Assembly: GCA_963422645.2 (NCBI GenBank) | Contig: CAXXVO010000008.1 | Location: 160,001 to 224,000, forward strand | Origin: Alphaproteobacteria bacterium | Lineage (GTDB): Bacteria > Pseudomonadota > Alphaproteobacteria > UBA828 | Reading direction: 5' to 3' | Length of the DNA stretch: 64,000 nt | Shown here: positions 61,133-64,000 of the stretch, in pieces | How positions within the stretch are numbered: position 1 is the first letter of the stretch | Layout: the number at the start of each line of letters is the position of its first letter | The notes under the pieces: model-generated | Told to the model about the DNA's origin: nothing | The model's input: only the letters and a program-made list of their open reading frames with translations | Database searches by the model: none | Program-made: the position numbers and the translations under genes

Positions 61133-62017
61133 TCAGTCCGCGTCTTCGGCCGCGGCACTGCCCTTGCGCCGGTGGCGCTTCGCCTCGTCGGCAACTGCCG
61201 ACGCATCGGCATCGTAGACAAGGCGGTCTGCACCAGCGAGAGCGATGAAGCGCTTGCCACGCGCGCGCCCGATCAGTGTGAGATTGGCCTGGCGGGCGAG
61301 CTCGACGCCCCAGGCGGTGAAGCCCGAGCGCGAGATCAGGATCGGGATGCCCATGGTCACCGTCTTGATGACCATCTCGCTGGTGAGCCGGCCGGTGGTG
61401 TACATGATCTTGCCAGAGGCTCCGATTCCTTTCTGGAACATGTAGCCCGCGATCTTGTCGATGGCGTTGTGACGGCCGACATCCTCCATGTAGATGAGCG
61501 GCCGCGACTCTTCGCAGAGCACGCAGCCGTGGATGGCGCCCGCCGCGAGATAGAGGCTCGGCTGCATGTTGATGGCCCGGCTCAATGCATAGAGCCACGA
61601 GGTCTTGAGGCGAGCCTCCGGGTCCAGCACGGTCGCCTCGAAGCGCTCCATCAGGTCGCCGAACACGGTTCCCTGGGCGCAGCCCGAAGTTAGCGTTTTC
61701 TTGCGGAGCGTTTCCTCAAAATCGGTCGCGCGCTCGGTGCGGACGACGACCGTCTCGATGTCCTCGTCGTAGTCTATGCCGGTCACCTCGTCGTCGTGGC
61801 TCAGCATGTTCTGGTTGAGCAGGTAGCCGAGCGCCAGGTAATCCGGGTAATCGCGGATCGTCATCACCGTGACGATCTCCTGCCCGTTGAGGAAGAGTGT
61901 CAGGGGCCGTTCTTCGACGACGCGGGCTTCGGCCGCCGCGCCGTCCTGATCGACGCCATCGAGCAGGCGCGTGAGGCGCCCGTCCTCGGGGTCCGGCTTG
62001 ACCACGAATGTCCGCAT
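61133..62017 (-). CDS. fdhD: Formate dehydrogenase accessory sulfurtransferase FdhD
   Basis: ERPLTLFLNG, TSGCAQG, GAIHGC, EDVGRHNAIDK, TGRLTSEMVIK. Confidence 0.92.
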   Translation of the reverse strand: MRTFVVKPDPEDGRLTRLLDGVDQDGAAAEARVVEERPLTLFLNGQEIVTVMTIRDYPDYLALGYLLNQNMLSHDDEVTGIDYDEDIETVVVRTERATDFEETLRKKTLTSGCAQGTVFGDLMERFEATVLDPEARLKTSWLYALSRAINMQPSLYLAAGAIHGCVLCEESRPLIYMEDVGRHNAIDKIAGYMFQKGIGASGKIMYTTGRLTSEMVIKTVTMGIPILISRSGFTAWGVELARQANLTLIGRARGKRFIALAGADRLVYDADASAVADEAKRHRRKGSAAAEDAD

Positions 62018-62127
62018 GGCGCGCAGGGTGCCACGGCCCGGCGCGGGGTTCCAGAACCGTGCGTCTTTCTCCTATTCCCGCTGGCGCTCTGCGATACTAG
62101 TCGAGGTAGCGGTGGAGTCGCCGACTC

Positions 62128-63564
62128 ATGACACGCAAGACATCCCCGGCCGAGCCGCCGGCGCCCGAGGCGGGCGCCGGGAACGCGCCCAACCGCATGT
62201 GGGGCGGCCGGTTCGAAGCATCGCCCGACGAGGTGATGGAGGCGATCAACGCGTCCATCGACTTCGACCGCCGGCTCTACGCCGAGGACATCGCGGGCTC
62301 CATTGCCCACGTGACCATGCTGGCCAAGCAGGGGATTGTCTCGCATGACGACGCCGAGGCGATCGCGGACGGCCTGCGCCGTGTTCAAGCCGAGATCGAG
62401 GCCGGCGGCTTCTCCTTCGACCGCGCGCTCGAAGACATCCACATGAACATCGAGGCCCGGCTTGCCGCCTTAATCGGCCCGGCGGCCGGCCGCCTCCACA
62501 CCGCGCGCTCGCGCAACGACCAGGTCGCGACCGACCTCCGGCTCTGGCTGCGCGCGCGTCTGGGCCAGGCCGACGAGGCGTGCCGCGCCCTTCAGGGCGC
62601 GCTCATCGATCGGGCCGAGGAGCACGTAGCCACGGTCATGCCGGGTTTCACCCACCTGCAGGTGGCGCAGCCGGTCTCCTTCGGCCATCACCTGCTCGCC
62701 TATGTCGAGATGATCGGGCGCGACCGCGGGCGCCTTGCCGACTGCCGCAAGCGCCTCAACGAATCGCCGCTCGGCGCCGCTGCGCTCGCCGGGACCTCGT
62801 TTCCCATCGACCGCGCCATGACCGCCGAGCTGCTCGGCTTCGACCGGCCCGCGGCCAATTCCATCGACGCGGTCTCCGACCGCGACTTCGTCGTGGAGGC
62901 GCTCGCGGCGGCGGCGCTGATCGCCATGCACCTCTCGCGCTTCGCGGAAGAATTGGTTCTCTGGTCGAGCGCGCAGTTCGGCTTTATCGCGCTCTCCGAC
63001 CGCTTCTCGACCGGCAGCTCGATCATGCCGCAGAAGCGCAACCCCGATGCCGCCGAGCTGGTGCGCGGCAAGAGCGGGCGCATCGTCGGCGCGCTGATCA
63101 GCCTTCTCACCATGATGAAGGGCCTCGCGCTCACCTATTCGAAGGACATGCAGGAGGACAAGGAGCCCTTGTTCGACGCCTTCGATTCGCTCGCGCTTTG
63201 CCTCGCGGCAACGACGGGCATGGTGCGCGACATGTCCGTGAACGCGAACGCGATGGCGCGCGCCGCCGGCACCGGTCACGCAACGGCGACCGACCTTGCC
63301 GACTGGTTGGTGCAGGAGGCAGGCGTTCCCTTCCGCGAGGCGCACGCGATCACCGGGCGGATCGTGCGGCTTGCCGATGAGAACAGTTGTGATCTTAAAG
63401 ACTTGGCGCCTGCCGACCTGCAAGCCATCGAGCCCCGGATTACCGCCGACGTGGTGGCACTACTCGACCCCGCCACGGCCATCGCGCGACGCACCAGCGA
63501 GGGCGGCACGGCGCCGAGCGAGGTCGCGAAACAAGTTGCCCGCGCCCGGCAGCGTTTCTTATAA
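62128..63564 (+). CDS. argH: Argininosuccinate lyase
   Basis: [40 protein letters not shown]. Confidence 0.97.
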   Translation: MTRKTSPAEPPAPEAGAGNAPNRMWGGRFEASPDEVMEAINASIDFDRRLYAEDIAGSIAHVTMLAKQGIVSHDDAEAIADGLRRVQAEIEAGGFSFDRALEDIHMNIEARLAALIGPAAGRLHTARSRNDQVATDLRLWLRARLGQADEACRALQGALIDRAEEHVATVMPGFTHLQVAQPVSFGHHLLAYVEMIGRDRGRLADCRKRLNESPLGAAALAGTSFPIDRAMTAELLGFDRPAANSIDAVSDRDFVVEALAAAALIAMHLSRFAEELVLWSSAQFGFIALSDRFSTGSSIMPQKRNPDAAELVRGKSGRIVGALISLLTMMKGLALTYSKDMQEDKEPLFDAFDSLALCLAATTGMVRDMSVNANAMARAAGTGHATATDLADWLVQEAGVPFREAHAITGRIVRLADENSCDLKDLAPADLQAIEPRITADVVALLDPATAIARRTSEGGTAPSEVAKQVARARQRFL

Positions 63565-63624
63565 GCGCTTCTTATAGAGGCGCCCCTCAGCCGGGCAGAA
63601 GGGCCGCTCGGAGGGCCTAATCAC

Positions 63625-63777
63625 ATGATACGCAAGCTCAGCCTGCTGATGACGATCGTTGCGGCGATCGGCCTGGTCGTCGCCCTGTCGAGCTGCGGCA
63701 GAAAGGGGCCGCTCGAGCCCCCGCCCGCTGAGGCCCACGTGGTGCCTCACGCCGCTCCTGCTACGTTCCAAGCCTGA
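63625..63777 (+). CDS. lptM: LptM/YifL-like small lipoprotein (50 aa; absent from the ORF track)
   Basis: MIRKLSLLMTIVAAIGLVVALSSCGRKGPLEPP: lipobox plus CGxKGPL; conserved argH-lipoprotein-lysA order. Confidence 0.8.
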   Translation: MIRKLSLLMTIVAAIGLVVALSSCGRKGPLEPPPAEAHVVPHAAPATFQA

Positions 63778-63789
63778 CGGGCGCCTGAC

Positions 63790-64000
63790 GTGGATGCATT
63801 CGTCTACCGGGAGGAGAACGGCAGCAGCGTTCTTCACGCCGAGGGAGTCTCCCTCCCCGCGATCGCGGCGCAGTTCGGCACACCCACCTATTGCTACGCG
63901 AACGGGGTCCTCGTCGCCCGCTATCAGGCGCTTGCCCAGGCTGCACCCAACGCGCTCGTCTGCTACGCGGTCAAGGCCAACGACACCCTTGCGGTTGTCC
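63790..64000 (+). CDS. lysA: Diaminopimelate decarboxylase, 5' part (runs off the window)
   Basis: LHAEGVSLPAIAAQFGTPTYCY...CYAVKAN (PLP lysine motif). Confidence 0.9.
   Translation, partial: MDAFVYREENGSSVLHAEGVSLPAIAAQFGTPTYCYANGVLVARYQALAQAAPNALVCYAVKANDTLAVV

Overview
High-GC alphaproteobacterial chromosome segment (Rhodospirillales-like gene order: rnpB-mraZ-dcw-lpxC, argH-lptM-lysA). 1-~22280 is a heavily rearranged accessory island. It holds the end of a Mu-like transposable element, a probably 5'-truncated SNF2 helicase, an orphan Phd antitoxin and an intact five-gene accessory chaperone module (TPR-like protein, J-domain, GrpE, Hsp70, Zn-ribbon protein). It also holds tandem tyrosine integrases, a RecD2-like helicase, two pairs of paralogous unknown proteins, a truncated HU gene and an IS21. 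At 24754-29882 a 5.1-kb Mu-like mini-element (TG...CA ends, repeated 21-bp end sites, GGCGG target duplication) splits an LLM-class monooxygenase gene and carries only packaging genes (partial gp27, terminase, portal, MuF with a C-terminal extension). Directly behind MuF, on the opposite strand, a sigma70-type promoter points into a 68-nt tRNA-like fold; this MuF-extension/RNA pair is the best candidate for an undescribed system. 30883-64000 is mostly core genome (mlaC/mlaA, EF-G-like, djlA, amidase, rnpB, dcw cluster with an in-frame murE-murF fusion, lpxC, cobW, fdhD, argH, lysA). All family calls come from motif recognition by eye; no searches or folding programs were run.
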